43,817 bases of DNA from Alphaproteobacteria bacterium (GCA_030634465.1 DAOWAS010000003.1:1-43817); one strand, 5' to 3'; counted from the stretch's first letter, positions 19,934-30,680 are shown. Notes: generated from the letters alone by a model not told the origin. Program-made: numbers and translations.

Positions 19934-20968
19934 TTATAATCCCTTCAGTGGTTGTTGTCTTAGCTCTTTTGCAACGGCTTCATCCAGCAAGTTTTTTAGG
20001 GGCTTTAGGGTGGGATGCTTTAAGTTGCGCTCTAACATATCCCACACATGGGGGATCATTTTAGCATAAGTTTTTTTCTTATCTCTTTTCCAAAGGCGGG
20101 TGAAGATGCCAATTATTTTGGCATTTCTTTGCGCCCCTAAAATATTATATTCTTCTAGAAACTTGTCGCGATTTATTGGCAGGCCCCTTTGTTCCATAAG
20201 GCCAAAAAACTTGTCTATGGTTGCTTTTTCAAGCTCGGGTGAAACTACGCGTCTGGCATCTTGCAGCAATGAAACAAGGTCGTATGCCCTGTGACCTATT
20301 ACGGCATCTTGAAAATCTAACAAGCCAATTTTTTTAATATGCTTTCTGTCTAGCAGTATCATGATGTTTTCAGCATGATAATCGCGCAAGGTCAAAACCG
20401 ATGGCTTATCCAGTTTTTTGAACAGGCTTTCCCATGTTTTGTTTAATTCTTCGTTTAATGCGCCGTCACTAATGCCCAAACCTTTTCCCAAATACCAATT
20501 TGTAAATAGATCAGCCTCGCTCATTAAAAGGTCGTTGTCATAAAACGCTAGCTTGTGAGTTTTATCACCCATTAATGGCATGTCTTGGCTTGGTTTTTTT
20601 TGCTGCAGTGTTACCAACAGTTCTGTAGCTAAGGTGTAGTATTCAACCTCTCTGTCAGTGTTTTCTTTCATCAGCTTTTTTAAAAGCTTGTCGCCAAGAT
20701 CTTCCAGCAACAATAAACCTGTTTCAGTGTCCATTGCCTTTATGGCAGGGGCGGAAAACCCATGGCCTATCAAATATTTGTCGATAGCAATAAAAGGCGT
20801 TGTGCTTTCTTTTTTCGGTGGGGCAAGCATTAGGATGGCGCTTGAATTTTCCTTGTTCAGGCGTTCATAACGCCTGAATGATGCATCAGCCGCCAAAAGT
20901 GTGCGGGGAAGGTTGGCCCAGCCAGCCTTTTCCAAAAATTGCTTAATATCTTTTTCTTTTATTTTCAT
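19934..20968 (-). CDS. amgK: Anomeric MurNAc/GlcNAc kinase (APH-like phosphotransferase)
   Basis: ADASFRRYER, LLLEDLG, LRDYHAEN, LDFQDA...YDLVSLLQD. Confidence 0.82.
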   Translation of the reverse strand: MKIKEKDIKQFLEKAGWANLPRTLLAADASFRRYERLNKENSSAILMLAPPKKESTTPFIAIDKYLIGHGFSAPAIKAMDTETGLLLLEDLGDKLLKKLMKENTDREVEYYTLATELLVTLQQKKPSQDMPLMGDKTHKLAFYDNDLLMSEADLFTNWYLGKGLGISDGALNEELNKTWESLFKKLDKPSVLTLRDYHAENIMILLDRKHIKKIGLLDFQDAVIGHRAYDLVSLLQDARRVVSPELEKATIDKFFGLMEQRGLPINRDKFLEEYNILGAQRNAKIIGIFTRLWKRDKKKTYAKMIPHVWDMLERNLKHPTLKPLKNLLDEAVAKELRQQPLKGL

Positions 20969-21495
20969 AAGAGCGTGTTTTCATTTTCAATTAACATTGC
21001 CAAGTTGGGCTGTTCTTTAAGTATTTTTAACAGGCTTTTCCATGCTTGGCTTGAAATAAAATCAAGTTGGCGTGAATTTTCGTTATCAACAGCTTTAAAC
21101 TGAATGAATAATGTGTCTTTTGGCAGGTGACTAGCAATTTTTTCTGGCCATTCAACAATACTGATATTGCCGTCTATGTTTTCATCAAAACCAATTTCAT
21201 AAATTTCATCAGGCTTGTCCAGGCGATAAAAGTCATAATGCCAAATGTCGGCAATAGCAGGGCTGTCCGCAGGATAGTGTTGCGCAAGGGTAAATGTGGG
21301 GCTTGGCACCTCCATGTTTTTATCTTCTAAATACTCTTGAATAAAACATCGAGCAAAGCTGGTTTTGCCAGCCCCAAGCCCACCATGAAGCGCAAGACAG
21401 TTTGATGGTTGCAAACATGCTTTTATAGCTCTAGCCAAAAGCGGATAGTGTTTTTCCTCCACATGGCTGAGGCTGAATAAAATATCAGGCATCAA
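20965..21495 (-). CDS. tsaE: tRNA t6A biosynthesis ATPase TsaE
   Basis: GGLGAGKT, VPSPTF, H.DFYRL, IVEW. Confidence 0.93.
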   Translation of the reverse strand: MMPDILFSLSHVEEKHYPLLARAIKACLQPSNCLALHGGLGAGKTSFARCFIQEYLEDKNMEVPSPTFTLAQHYPADSPAIADIWHYDFYRLDKPDEIYEIGFDENIDGNISIVEWPEKIASHLPKDTLFIQFKAVDNENSRQLDFISSQAWKSLLKILKEQPNLAMLIENENTLL

Positions 21496-23971
21496 CCGCA
21501 GGCCTTTTCATTGTGTTTTTGCGAGGCAGGGCGCAAACTACGGTTCTAACGCCATTTTTATTGTTTGAAACCGACAACTCGCCGCCATGAATTTTGATGA
21601 AGCTTTCCACCAATGACAAGCTAAGGTTTAGCTTTCTATTTGTGAGCTGTTCGTTTGCAATGCCAATTAGGCTGCTTTCTTCCTCATCAGTTAATATGGA
21701 AGCTGGTTTGGTATCAGAAATGCAAATGGATATTGTTTTCTTATTACCCTTCATCTCAACCTTAACCGAGCCGTCAGTTCCTGTGCGGCTGATGCCATCT
21801 GTAATAATGGTGTGAATGGCCTGTGTTATTCGCCTTAAGTCTCCCTCCACAGATGTGTCGGCAACACGGCCTTTAGTAAGGCTAAGGTTAACCCCTTTGC
21901 TTTGGGCGGTTTCTTGTGACATTGACATGGCTTTTTCAATAGCAGTTTTTATATCTACCTCTTCAATATCCAGCTCCATTTTATCTGCTTCAATTATGGA
22001 CAGGTCTAAAATGTCATCAATAAGATATTTTAATTTTACAGATGATGAGAGTATGGCGTCTATATAATCTTTTTGTCTTGGGTTCAGTGAGCCAAAATTT
22101 TCCAGATTTAATATTTCTGAAAAGCCGATAATTGAGTTTAGTGGTGTGCGCAACTCGTATGACATGCTGGCAATAAACTCTGATTTTAAGCGGTCAGCTG
22201 CTTTCATGGCCAAGTTTCTATCTTCCAGTGCTGCTGTTATTTTAGCTTTCGAGGTTTCGTCACTAATTGTAAACAGGCAGGCACCATCAGGCAGGGGAAC
22301 AATTGAATATTCAACAACCGTTCCGTTGCTTAACGTCCATTGTCCTGAGTGTAGCTCTCTTGAGGCTGTAATATTGATTAGATTATCCTGAAGCACTTCC
22401 CAGTTCTGATTGGAATTATCCAGCATTACTCTGGTTTTTTCGGTAATTTCTTTGATGTGTGGTTCGGCGTTTAAAAACTCAGGGTCTATTTGCCAAAGCT
22501 TGGCATAGTTTGAGTTAAATAGCTTAAGACGACCATCACTGCCAAACACAGCTACTGATTCGTGAAGGTTATTAAGGGTTTCGCGCTGAACTTCAATTAA
22601 CGTGTTGTAAGAGCGCTCTAATTCCAGCCTGTCGGTTACATCTTCAAACAAAACCAGTATGCCGCCAATTGGGTGTGGTTGGGTTACAACACGCAAGGTC
22701 CTGCCATTGGGCAGGTGCCATGTTTCTTCTGTTGGTTCTAGCAGCCCTACATACTGCGACAAAATATGTTTTTTCCAAGCTGGATAATCGGCATGTTCGG
22801 GCAATTGGCGTTTTTGCCGCCATGCCTCCAATAACTCACTATGGGTGGGTTCGCCGTCCAGCCACTTTGCTGGCAATTGCCATAGCTGGTTAAAAGCATG
22901 GTTGTAAAACCTCAGGGTGGTATCGGGGCCAAAAATGGCAACAGGCGTTGATAGCTTGTCCAAGGTTTCAGCATGGGCGGCTTTGTGTTGACCCAGTTCA
23001 GCATCTAAAAACTCTGCGCGGGTGACATCAATTGCAAAACCAATTGTTTCAAACTCATTGTTGGGTGATGGCACTTCGTGTACTTGCAAAGAGTGCCTTT
23101 GACCATCGATTGTAACAAAATGTTTTTCAACCTGCTCTTGGTGTTTGGCCAAGGCACGTTTGGCTATTTCCTGAAGCGGGCGTTTTTTGGCATCAATAAC
23201 CAGTTCAGCCTGAGCGGCAACCACGCTTGCAGAATTTTCTTTTTCCACAGCAGTTGCGTAAGAGCGATTTACCCAGCCGAGGGAAAGGTTTTTGTTTCTG
23301 CTCCAAACAGGGAAGGGTGCCACATCCAAAATTTGTGAAAGCATCATTTGCTTGCTCAGGCTTTCAGACAATTGTGCTGTAAGGTTGCTGTGCCCTTGGT
23401 CTAGTTCGGTTACGTTGTTGAACCAAATAACGTCAAATTGACGGTTTTTGTTCAGGTCGTTTTTAGCTTTTGTTCCCCTTACCAAGTAAATCCTGTCCAT
23501 ATTTGGCGGGCTGAATGTGTTTGTGAAGCTCTCCCCAGTTTTTACTAATGTTCTGATTTTATCAAATAAAACAGTTGTTATTTCTTTGTCTTGTGTTGCT
23601 GTCAGTCCAGCTTGTTCTAGTTTTTCCAGTGGAATAATTGATTCTGAAAATCCAAGCCAGCGCCGCAACCTTGGAGAGCAATAACAAGTGGTCCCATTGT
23701 GGATAGTAAAATATGCCAGCGAGCCCTCTTCAAGAACGGCATCTGAAAACTGAATTATAGCTTCGGCTTCGTTAGCACGAATTAGGGCGTCTCTTCGCCT
23801 TAGCACTGACCATAAAGCAATAAGCGAGGTGACAACTGCCATGGATAAAACAACCCAAAAGGCGGGGGTCATTTCTTCTTGTGCAGTTACACTCGCCGCC
23901 CAAACCTGACTAGGTGCGATCAGCAAAATCGTTGTTATAATGTGTAATAATGTTGGCAGCGTTTTTTTCAT
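21485..23971 (-). CDS. divL: Multi-PAS pseudo-histidine kinase DivL
   Basis: N-terminal hydrophobic segments, several PAS domains, H-box SMSYELRTPL with Tyr replacing His; between ahcY and tsaE; start placed at ATG 23971. Confidence 0.85.
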   Translation of the reverse strand: MKKTLPTLLHIITTILLIAPSQVWAASVTAQEEMTPAFWVVLSMAVVTSLIALWSVLRRRDALIRANEAEAIIQFSDAVLEEGSLAYFTIHNGTTCYCSPRLRRWLGFSESIIPLEKLEQAGLTATQDKEITTVLFDKIRTLVKTGESFTNTFSPPNMDRIYLVRGTKAKNDLNKNRQFDVIWFNNVTELDQGHSNLTAQLSESLSKQMMLSQILDVAPFPVWSRNKNLSLGWVNRSYATAVEKENSASVVAAQAELVIDAKKRPLQEIAKRALAKHQEQVEKHFVTIDGQRHSLQVHEVPSPNNEFETIGFAIDVTRAEFLDAELGQHKAAHAETLDKLSTPVAIFGPDTTLRFYNHAFNQLWQLPAKWLDGEPTHSELLEAWRQKRQLPEHADYPAWKKHILSQYVGLLEPTEETWHLPNGRTLRVVTQPHPIGGILVLFEDVTDRLELERSYNTLIEVQRETLNNLHESVAVFGSDGRLKLFNSNYAKLWQIDPEFLNAEPHIKEITEKTRVMLDNSNQNWEVLQDNLINITASRELHSGQWTLSNGTVVEYSIVPLPDGACLFTISDETSKAKITAALEDRNLAMKAADRLKSEFIASMSYELRTPLNSIIGFSEILNLENFGSLNPRQKDYIDAILSSSVKLKYLIDDILDLSIIEADKMELDIEEVDIKTAIEKAMSMSQETAQSKGVNLSLTKGRVADTSVEGDLRRITQAIHTIITDGISRTGTDGSVKVEMKGNKKTISICISDTKPASILTDEEESSLIGIANEQLTNRKLNLSLSLVESFIKIHGGELSVSNNKNGVRTVVCALPRKNTMKRPAVDA

Positions 23972-24028
23972 GGTCAAACTTTGCCGTGTGATGGCGTGAA
24001 AAACAAGAAAACAATGAGGATAATAAAC

Positions 24029-24060
24029 AAAAAAGGGGGCTTGCACCCATGCAAACCCCC
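24029..24060 (-). terminator. ahcY intrinsic terminator
   Basis: Minus strand GGGGGTTTGCA-tggg-TGCAAGCCCCC then TTTTTT. Confidence 0.85.
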
Positions 24061-24083
24061 AATAATTTTGCTTAAAGCTGTTT

Positions 24084-25379
24084 TTAGTAGCGATAGTGGT
24101 CAGGTTTGTAAGGGCCTTCCACTTTCACATCAATATAGTCAGCTTGTTCTTTTGACAGTTTTGTAAGCTTAACGCCCAAACGGTTAAGGTGAAGCGAGGC
24201 CACCTTTTCATCCAGATGTTTAGGCAAAACATAAACTTTTTTGTCGTAGGTTTTATAGTTATCCCACAACTCAATTTGCGCCATAACCTGATTGGTAAAA
24301 GATGCGCTCATAACAAAACTAGGGTGCCCAGTGGCACAACCAAGGTTTACTAGGCGACCTTTAGCCAGAATAATCAGACGCTTGCCATCAGGAAATTCTA
24401 CTTCGTCAACTTGTGGCTTAACTTCGTCCCATTTGTAATTATCCAATGCGGCGATTTGAATTTCGCTGTCAAAGTGACCAATGTTACAAACAATGGCTCT
24501 GTCTTTCATTTCACGCATATGATCCAAGCAAATAACATCAACATTACCTGTTGTTGTTACGAAAATATCACCAACTGGTGCGGCATCTTCTAAGGTTGTA
24601 ACCTCATAACCTTCCATTGCTGCTTGCAGGGCGCAAATGGGGTCAATTTCTGTTACCAAAACACGTGCACCTTGTGAGCGCAAGCTAGCGGCAGAACCTT
24701 TACCAACATCGCCAAAGCCACAAACAACAGCAATTTTACCCGCAACCATCACATCAGTTGCACGCTTAATGCCATCAACCAAGCTTTCACGACAGCCGTA
24801 AAGGTTGTCGAACTTGGATTTGGTTACGCTGTCGTTTACGTTAATGGCAGGCACTGCAAGGGTGCCAGCGCGCTCCATAAGGTACAGTCTGTGAACGCCA
24901 GTTGTGGTTTCTTCTGACAGGCCACGAACATCTTTCATTAGTTCTGGATAGTCATTGTGCATCATAATTGTCAGGTCGCCACCATCATCCAATATCATGT
25001 TAGGAACCCAACCATCTGGGCCTTTAATGGTTTGGTGAATGCACCATTCAAATTCTTCGTCTGTTTCGCCTTTCCATGCAAAAACAGGAGTTCCATACGC
25101 GGCAATGGCTGCGGCGGCATGGTCTTGTGTTGAGAAAATGTTGCATGAACTCCAACGAATTTCAGCACCAAGGTCTTCAAGTGTTTCAATTAATACCGCA
25201 GTTTGAATGGTCATGTGTAAACAACCAACAATGCGGGCACCCTTTAATGGTGCTTTACCTTTATACTCTTCACGTAATGCCATAAGGCCGGGCATTTCAG
25301 TTTCAGCAATGGCAATTTCTTTTCTGCCCCAGTCGGCTAGGGAGATGTCAGCAACTTTATAATCAGGTGAATTGTTCAT
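24084..25379 (-). CDS. ahcY: Adenosylhomocysteinase
   Basis: [48 protein letters not shown]. Confidence 0.98.
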   Translation of the reverse strand: MNNSPDYKVADISLADWGRKEIAIAETEMPGLMALREEYKGKAPLKGARIVGCLHMTIQTAVLIETLEDLGAEIRWSSCNIFSTQDHAAAAIAAYGTPVFAWKGETDEEFEWCIHQTIKGPDGWVPNMILDDGGDLTIMMHNDYPELMKDVRGLSEETTTGVHRLYLMERAGTLAVPAINVNDSVTKSKFDNLYGCRESLVDGIKRATDVMVAGKIAVVCGFGDVGKGSAASLRSQGARVLVTEIDPICALQAAMEGYEVTTLEDAAPVGDIFVTTTGNVDVICLDHMREMKDRAIVCNIGHFDSEIQIAALDNYKWDEVKPQVDEVEFPDGKRLIILAKGRLVNLGCATGHPSFVMSASFTNQVMAQIELWDNYKTYDKKVYVLPKHLDEKVASLHLNRLGVKLTKLSKEQADYIDVKVEGPYKPDHYRY

Positions 25380-25451
25380 GGGTTATCTCTTCTAAAATTA
25401 TATGGTTGGGTTTATGCCGCGCGTTATAACAGGCACACTCAACCCTATCAA

Positions 25452-25471
25452 GCATAAAGATTTCTTTATAT
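25452..25471. promoter_or_regulatory. SahR-type (ArsR family) operator upstream of ahcY
   Basis: GC-ATAAAGA-tt-TCTTTAT-AT palindrome about 75-90 bp upstream of ahcY; resembles the alphaproteobacterial SahR motif (ATAAAGANNTCTTTAT). Confidence 0.75.
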
Positions 25472-25490
25472 ATGGTTAAGGTTGGTTGTT

Positions 25491-25796
25491 TTAGGTGTCT
25501 TCTTCAAATTTATTCTTAACTAAACCTTCAAGAGCATCTATTGCCTCTTGGGCTTGGGCCCCGTTTGCCTTGATGGTGATAACCTCGCCCTTTGCCGCAG
25601 TTAACAATAACAGCCCCATAATGGACGATCCCAAAACTTCGGTTTTGTCTTTTGAAACCATAATGTTGGCATCGAAAGTTTCTGCCAGCTTAACAAAGCG
25701 GGCGCTGGCACGGGCGTGCAAACCTCTTTTATTTGCTATGGTAACCTTAGCCTTATGGCTGAAGTTTTCTGAATTTGAATGTTGTTTGTCGCTCAT
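25491..25796 (-). CDS. ptsH: HPr/NPr phosphocarrier protein
   Basis: NKRGLHARASA (His site), SIMGLL (Ser site). Confidence 0.93.
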   Translation of the reverse strand: MSDKQHSNSENFSHKAKVTIANKRGLHARASARFVKLAETFDANIMVSKDKTEVLGSSIMGLLLLTAAKGEVITIKANGAQAQEAIDALEGLVKNKFEEDT

Positions 25797-25808
25797 TAGG
25801 TTTAGCCG

Positions 25809-26216
25809 CTATTTATCGGTTTCTGATAATATGTTCGAGGCACTGTTGATGTATTTCCTACCTGATTCGCAAGCGGCCTCAACCAGATCTGCAAGCTCAG
25901 ATGTTTCTCTAAGGCTAGCTAGTTTGATAAGCATGGGCAGGTTCACACCCGCGATAACTTCATAATTACCCTTGTCCATTATTGATATGGCAAGGTTGGA
26001 CGGGGTGCCGCCAAACATGTCGGTTAGCACCACAACACCCTTGCCAGCATCTACTTTTTTTGCCGCTTCTAATATTTCAGCTTGGCGTTGTTCCATGTCA
26101 TCATCTGGGCCAATGCATACCATTTCCACAGCTTCTTGCGGGCCAACCACATGCTCAGTAGCGGCCAAAAACTCTGTAGCCAGTTGACCGTGTGTGACCA
26201 AAACCATGCCGATCAT
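25809..26216 (-). CDS. PTS EIIA, mannose family
   Basis: MIGMVLVTHG, TDMFGGTPSN, GVNLPML; start at ATG 26216 after AAGGAG. Confidence 0.93.
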   Translation of the reverse strand: MIGMVLVTHGQLATEFLAATEHVVGPQEAVEMVCIGPDDDMEQRQAEILEAAKKVDAGKGVVVLTDMFGGTPSNLAISIMDKGNYEVIAGVNLPMLIKLASLRETSELADLVEAACESGRKYINSASNILSETDK

Positions 26217-26273
26217 TTTTATCTCCTTTAGCATTTCGCTTTATTGTTTTTTGATAGTGCCGCTATATTTTGT

Positions 26274-26687
26274 TCATGCCAAGCTTTTTAGGTACAGGCA
26301 CAGTTTTGCCACTGCTGAGGCATGTTTGGCACAAAGATAAATTTGCGGCAAACTAATCCCTTCAATTGTCACAGTGTCATCTTTGGGCATGCGCTCTAGC
26401 TTGTCAGTATCAACCAAATTTATAACAAGGTTTATTGTTGTCTGGTCTTTGTTTTTGGTGGCAATTATGCCAATGCCGTAAGCTTCAATTTTACCTTTAA
26501 TGTTTTTGGGAACCGTGGCTGTCAGGGAGTTTTTGGTGCTTTTAACTTCTGTATAGTCGTCACTTACAAGCACTGCACCCCTGTCCATCAACCGAATGGC
26601 AAGGTCGGATTTTCCAGCACCTGATGCCCCTGTTATGAACAGGCCGTGGCCATTAAACTCGACGGTTGTTCCATGTAAAAGTGTCAT
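26274..26687 (-). CDS. hprK: Short HPr kinase/phosphorylase
   Basis: LHGT.V...G..I.GASGAGKS.LA, LVSDD, IEAYGIGI. Confidence 0.9.
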   Translation of the reverse strand: MTLLHGTTVEFNGHGLFITGASGAGKSDLAIRLMDRGAVLVSDDYTEVKSTKNSLTATVPKNIKGKIEAYGIGIIATKNKDQTTINLVINLVDTDKLERMPKDDTVTIEGISLPQIYLCAKHASAVAKLCLYLKSLA

Positions 26688-26706
26688 AACTGCTCAATTG
26701 TTAAGG

Positions 26707-28377
26707 CTATAGGTTTGTGGGCAGGCACACGTTAAAACACGCCCCTAAAATTTTACCACTATCTGGATCTATTCTGTTGTTAGCGCTTATGGTTCCGTGG
26801 TGTGCTTCAACTATTTGCTTGGAAATGTTCAGCCCTAATCCTGAATGCATGCCGAAGGCTTCTTCTTTTGGACGCTCCGAATAAAAACGCTCAAATATTT
26901 TACTGCCAACCCCGTCGGGCAAACCCAGACCCTCATCTTCGACCATAATGTCAATGCGTTCATCGCCTTGTTTTATGCTAACCAAAATCTCCCCATCTTT
27001 GGGGGTGAAGGAAATGGCGTTATCGATAAGGTTTCTTATTACTTGCCCCAAGCGTTCATCTAAACCCTTCAAAAGATATGGTTTGTCGCTATCTCTAGAA
27101 ACGCTTACCTTGGCATGCAAACCATTGGTGCTAGTGTTGTATGAACTGGCAATTAGCTCAATCATTTCAGCAATGTCAAAAACTTCTGACCGCGCTCGTA
27201 ACAGCTCTGCATCCAAACGTGAGGCGTGGGAAATGTCACTTATCAAGCGATCCATTCTTTTGGTGTCATCTTCAATAATTTTAAGCAACTGTGCCTGAAT
27301 GGCAGGGTCACTGGTTCTTTTTATGCTCTCCACAGCGCTTCTAACTGAGCTTAGTGGGTTTTTAATCTCATGAGACACATCAGCGGCAAAGGTTTCAATG
27401 GCACCAATGCGGTCATACAAGGCACGGGTCATGGCACCAAGTGACAGGGAAAGGTCGCCAATTTCATCCTTGCGTCCTGAAAACTCTTTAAGGTCACGGG
27501 CGCGGCCATAACCACGCCTTACTTTGTCAGCAACATCAGACAGGCGGCGAATGGGGCGCACAATAGTGTTGGCAAGAAAGAATGACAGCAATGCCGTGAC
27601 CAAAATTGTCACCCCAAATACTTTAACAATACGCAGGCGCTCGCTTTCTATTACATTTTGAATGTCGACAGTGTCGGTGGTTAGCAATATTGCTCCCAAA
27701 ACCCGCCTGAAACGCTGTACTGGAACCGCAACGGAAATAATGGCGCCATCTGGTGATGAGCTTATTAATGTTTTACCCTCGCCGCTTAGGGCTGAAACCA
27801 CCTCGGCATAATCAAGTGCGGTTAGGTTGGGGTTTTCTTTATATGGTGGGTATTGGGGCGATGATGATAATTTATCTAGCGCACCGTTCATCCATGTTAA
27901 AAATATTTCTTTAATGCCGTCAGAACGTTCAGGCGGCGGCAGGGGAACACTATAAATACCCCGATCTTTAGTCATAAAGCGGCTGTCCACCAAAAGTGTG
28001 CCATGCAGGTCATAAAGTCTGGCGCGGTTGTTTGTTGCCCCCATCAGTCTTTCAATTATTTGTCTGGACTGCTCAATTTGAATTTCTGAGTTTTCGGTAT
28101 TGCCCGATGCGCTTTCACCAATAGCACCAGAAATAATGTCAGCCTGCGTGGTCAGGTTATCAACCCGTCTGTTTATCCAGCTATCTCTAAATTCATCCAA
28201 ATATAAAATGCCAGCGAAAAGCATGGCTAAAGCAATTATGTTAATTGCCATGATGCGTATGGTAAGCGGGGACAGGCGTCTGGCGCGCTTTCTTTCAAGC
28301 GTGGAGCCAGTTGCTGTTTCAAGCTCAGCTACGGGCTTATCACGCTCGGTTAAGGACTGTTCCTGTTTTGAAGTCAT
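26707..28377 (-). CDS. chvG: Sensor histidine kinase ChvG/ExoS
   Basis: SPLT.RI...N, VAVPVQR, FAADVSHEIKNPL, FERFYSERP...FG.HSGLGL. Confidence 0.95.
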   Translation of the reverse strand: MTSKQEQSLTERDKPVAELETATGSTLERKRARRLSPLTIRIMAINIIALAMLFAGILYLDEFRDSWINRRVDNLTTQADIISGAIGESASGNTENSEIQIEQSRQIIERLMGATNNRARLYDLHGTLLVDSRFMTKDRGIYSVPLPPPERSDGIKEIFLTWMNGALDKLSSSPQYPPYKENPNLTALDYAEVVSALSGEGKTLISSSPDGAIISVAVPVQRFRRVLGAILLTTDTVDIQNVIESERLRIVKVFGVTILVTALLSFFLANTIVRPIRRLSDVADKVRRGYGRARDLKEFSGRKDEIGDLSLSLGAMTRALYDRIGAIETFAADVSHEIKNPLSSVRSAVESIKRTSDPAIQAQLLKIIEDDTKRMDRLISDISHASRLDAELLRARSEVFDIAEMIELIASSYNTSTNGLHAKVSVSRDSDKPYLLKGLDERLGQVIRNLIDNAISFTPKDGEILVSIKQGDERIDIMVEDEGLGLPDGVGSKIFERFYSERPKEEAFGMHSGLGLNISKQIVEAHHGTISANNRIDPDSGKILGACFNVCLPTNL

Positions 28378-29081
28378 TATCCCTCTTTATAACGGTATCC
28401 AACCCCATAAAGGGTTTCTATACCCTCAAAGGTGTCGTCGACAGCTCTAAACTTTTTACGCAACCTTTTAATGTGGCTGTCGATGGTGCGGTCATCTACA
28501 TATATGTCATCAGTATAGGCCGCATCCATAAGCTGGTCACGACTTTTTACATGACCAGGGCGAATTGTCAGGGCTTGCAGAATTAAAAATTCAGTAACCG
28601 TAAGGTTTATATCTTTGCCATCCCACTTAACCATGTGACGAAGCGTGTCTAAAGTAAGCTTGCCGCGAACCATAGCCGCCTCTTCTTCCTCAGCCGGATT
28701 GTTCCCAGAATTTTTGCCTGGTTTGCTGCGCCGTAAAATTGCTCTGATGCGTTCAATTAAAAGGCGTTGGGAAAAAGGTTTGCCGATATAATCGTCAGCG
28801 CCCATTTTCAGACCTAGCATTTCGTCAATTTCTTCATCTTTGGAGGTAAGGAAAATAACTGGCATGTCGGTGTGTTGGCGCAGTTTTCGCAGTAGCTCCA
28901 TACCATCCATACGGGGCATTTTAATATCCAATACACCTAAATCTGCAGGGTTTTGTGATAATGCCTCTAATGCGGAAACGCCGTCAGAATATGTGCGCAC
29001 CTGAAACCCTTCTGCCTCCAAGGCAATGGTAACAGAGGTTAGAATATTGCGATCATCATCTACCAGTGCGATTGTGGTCAT
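28377..29081 (-). CDS. chvI: Response regulator ChvI
   Basis: [41 protein letters not shown]; start placed at ATG 29081. Confidence 0.96.
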   Translation of the reverse strand: MTTIALVDDDRNILTSVTIALEAEGFQVRTYSDGVSALEALSQNPADLGVLDIKMPRMDGMELLRKLRQHTDMPVIFLTSKDEEIDEMLGLKMGADDYIGKPFSQRLLIERIRAILRRSKPGKNSGNNPAEEEEAAMVRGKLTLDTLRHMVKWDGKDINLTVTEFLILQALTIRPGHVKSRDQLMDAAYTDDIYVDDRTIDSHIKRLRKKFRAVDDTFEGIETLYGVGYRYKEG

Positions 29082-29290
29082 GTAACTATTCCTTTTATCT
29101 TTTCCCATAGTAAGGCAGATTTTCCCATTTCATGGCATTTAGGCCAAACCTGCAAGGCAAAAAAACGCTTTATTTAAAATCATATGCGCCGTAACCCCAA
29201 GTTAAGCAAAATTAATGCTATGGTATGCGCGTAAATTGGTCTAAATAATGGCGAAAATAAAACAGTTAAAAATAGTTTACGGTAAAATTC

Positions 29291-29821
29291 ATGGCAGGAC
29301 ACAAAAAAAGTTGGGGTTTCCCCCGTTGGGGCGAATATGGTCAGGACCGTGATACGGTTCCTGTTCGTTTGTGTGACTTTCATGGTTGCACCGATAAGGC
29401 CGACTTCCCTGCGCCAAAATCTCCACACTCTGATGCCAAATGGTGGTTTTGTCAGGCTCATGCGGGTGAATATAACAGAAGCTGGAATTTTTTTGAGGGC
29501 ATGAGTGCCCAAGATGCCAAAAAGGCCGAAGATGACGAACGCCGCACAGGCAAGGGCTACGCTCAAGCTGGCACTTATGGCTGGGGCGGGGCTGAGGGTG
29601 ATGATGGCCTAACAGCGTTGGAGCGCGAAGCACTTGATGTGTTGCAATTGGATGCCGAGGCCAGTGCCGGTGAAATTAAAGCCAGATACCGTGCTATGGC
29701 GAAAAAATATCACCCCGATCATAATCAGAATGACAAAGACGCTGAAAAAATGTTTCAGCGGGTTCGTGCCGCATATGAAGCGCTACAATTGCGGGTCGAT
29801 GTTAGAAGCTTTAGAATGTAG
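29291..29821 (+). CDS. J-domain co-chaperone with N-terminal Cys motif
   Basis: C...GC......APK...WWFC..H..EYN..WNFF followed by a J domain with HPD. Confidence 0.88.
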   Translation: MAGHKKSWGFPRWGEYGQDRDTVPVRLCDFHGCTDKADFPAPKSPHSDAKWWFCQAHAGEYNRSWNFFEGMSAQDAKKAEDDERRTGKGYAQAGTYGWGGAEGDDGLTALEREALDVLQLDAEASAGEIKARYRAMAKKYHPDHNQNDKDAEKMFQRVRAAYEALQLRVDVRSFRM

Positions 29822-29883
29822 CATTTAAAATGCAATAATCGTAAATTACTGAGAATTTGTTAATCAATAGAGACGGCCGTAGC

Positions 29884-30606
29884 TCAGAGCTTTGACAGGG
29901 CTACAATTTCATCTGTTTCAGACAATTCATTAATAATGTCTTGAATATAATCTTCTTCATTAACTTTAAGAGAGATACTATGTAGCTTACTTGCCATTTT
30001 ATCATAGAAATCAACGTCTCCTGTTAACTTATTCCAAAACTCAGACCCAACAAAAACGCCATATCCATGTTCCGCCTCAATATTGAGATAACTACCACTT
30101 AGCTCTTTGCGTTCTCCATATAAGACCCCTACAATTGAAGAATTAGGAGCAAGGTCTAATCCATCTAACATTGCTTTCTTACGTAATTTTGTGAACTTCT
30201 TTGTTATCGTTTCAACATCGTCTGCATTGATTGTATTGGGGCCAGCTTTTACCTGACAATACATCACAGGTTTATTGTCCACAGTTTGGTCTTCAAACTC
30301 AATATCAACCCCACCAATAGCGCTACCTTTAGCGTGGTCAATATTGGTTACAATAAAATTCTGCATTTTACTTCCAAATGTTGTTGTAACAGATGTTCCC
30401 ATTGCTCTTGGTAGGACTAAAGCTTTTGCCAAAGAAAGTGGAGATATATCCCCATACACAAAATTAGCAATGTATGGGTGTAAAAAAGGATTAATATTAA
30501 AAGCATTAGACTTTTTTAATTTTTTGACATTGGCTTTATGCTTTTCATAAACATCTTCCATCCACCAATCTTCTAATCTATCTAGCAAAATACCTGTATC
30601 AACCAT
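29884..30606 (-). CDS. Type II restriction endonuclease (PmeII/EcoO109I-like)
   Basis: INPFL...LAKALV..R.MGTS.TT.FG, D-I-E-F...QVKAGPNTIN PD-(D/E)xK-like core; divergent from a C5 methyltransferase. Confidence 0.75.
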   Translation of the reverse strand: MVDTGILLDRLEDWWMEDVYEKHKANVKKLKKSNAFNINPFLHPYIANFVYGDISPLSLAKALVLPRAMGTSVTTTFGSKMQNFIVTNIDHAKGSAIGGVDIEFEDQTVDNKPVMYCQVKAGPNTINADDVETITKKFTKLRKKAMLDGLDLAPNSSIVGVLYGERKELSGSYLNIEAEHGYGVFVGSEFWNKLTGDVDFYDKMASKLHSISLKVNEEDYIQDIINELSETDEIVALSKL

Positions 30607-30680
30607 AACAATAACCTATCGATTAAACTATTATTAGAACATATATAATTTTAACCTTTACTAACAGTGAAATACATATT

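Noticed and set aside
12263-29081. trxA-addAB-murU-amgK-tsaE-divL-ahcY-PTS-chvGI cluster as a novel system
   Set aside because: This is a well-known conserved alphaproteobacterial gene order. The short HprK and the absence of rapZ also occur in other lineages.
29202-29215. TTAA-N6-TTAA upstream of chvI and the J-domain gene as a CtrA box
   Set aside because: The spacing is 6 rather than 7 and the region is AT-rich.
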